The notes beneath the pieces were generated by a model. That model worked only from the letters and a program-made list of their open reading frames with translations, was not told the origin of the DNA and made no database searches. A program made the translations under genes and the position numbers. This document shows, piece after piece, positions 63,680-64,000 of a stretch of DNA of 64,000 bases (position 1 is the first letter of the stretch; every line of letters begins with the position of its first letter). The DNA is from Bigelowiella natans CCMP2755. Taxonomy: Eukaryota > Protista > Cercozoa. Location of the stretch: NCBI GenBank assembly GCA_000320545.1, contig ADNK01000443.1:8578-72577 (forward strand). The letters are read 5' to 3'.

Positions 63680-64000
63680 CTGGGAGAAGAGACATCAATG
63701 CAGATGTGGACAACGAAAGAGAGAGAGCAGTGGAAAAGTGACAGCAAAAACACGGCCTTTCTGTTACTCAAAGATAAAGTATATGAGACCCCAAGGGGAT
63801 AGGCAACAGAGAATGTCACCCGCCTTGATCTTTCTCTCTCTTTCCTCCCCCCCCCCCCCAACGATGTCTCTTCTCACAGGAATCAGAACAGCAGGATGGT
63901 ATTGAGGATCGTGCTTTTCGCATTTTTCACAACAGAAAGCAGGTAGATCCACCCATGATTCATCTAGCCTGGCTTTGCGGGGTAGAATTTATCCCTTTTC
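63559..64000. repeat. Inverted repeat: 138-bp arms 63559-63696 and 63863-64000 (1 mismatch), 166-bp spacer; may extend past the window
   Basis: The reverse complement of 63863-64000 matches 63559-63696 without indels. Confidence 0.95.

Overview
Eukaryotic nuclear DNA from an intron-rich protist. Signal-peptide plus transit-like presequences on two genes, short GT-AG introns and microsatellite-filled introns suggest a secondary-plastid alga such as a chlorarachniophyte (inference). Manual splicing gives about 15 genes: a partial membrane protein, a HGGG-type alpha/beta hydrolase, a large AK9-like YHS/adenylate-kinase protein with an E/K repeat, an EF-hand/transglutaminase/Yippee-like protein, a secreted bacterial-like esterase, an MsrA-like protein, a UxxC peroxiredoxin-like selenoprotein missed by the ORF track, a plastid SAM methyltransferase-like protein, a plastid DEAD-box helicase, a GH79 heparanase-like gene, calcyphosin, a WWE-C2-RhoGAP, a C2-histidine phosphatase, an intronless WRKY19-like Zn-repeat ORF and a DUF1757-like 3' end. 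Highlights: (1) the selenoprotein has an in-frame TGA in RGDWUPFC, a SECIS-like 3'UTR hairpin and a CaaX box, and lies head-to-head with a myristoylation-motif MsrA; (2) intergenic tracts are almost free of TpA except in CTA/TAG context, suggesting a targeted A-to-G mutational process; (3) several unusual domain fusions; (4) an inverted exon duplication at the right edge. All gene models are hand-spliced, and family calls come from motif recognition, not database searches.
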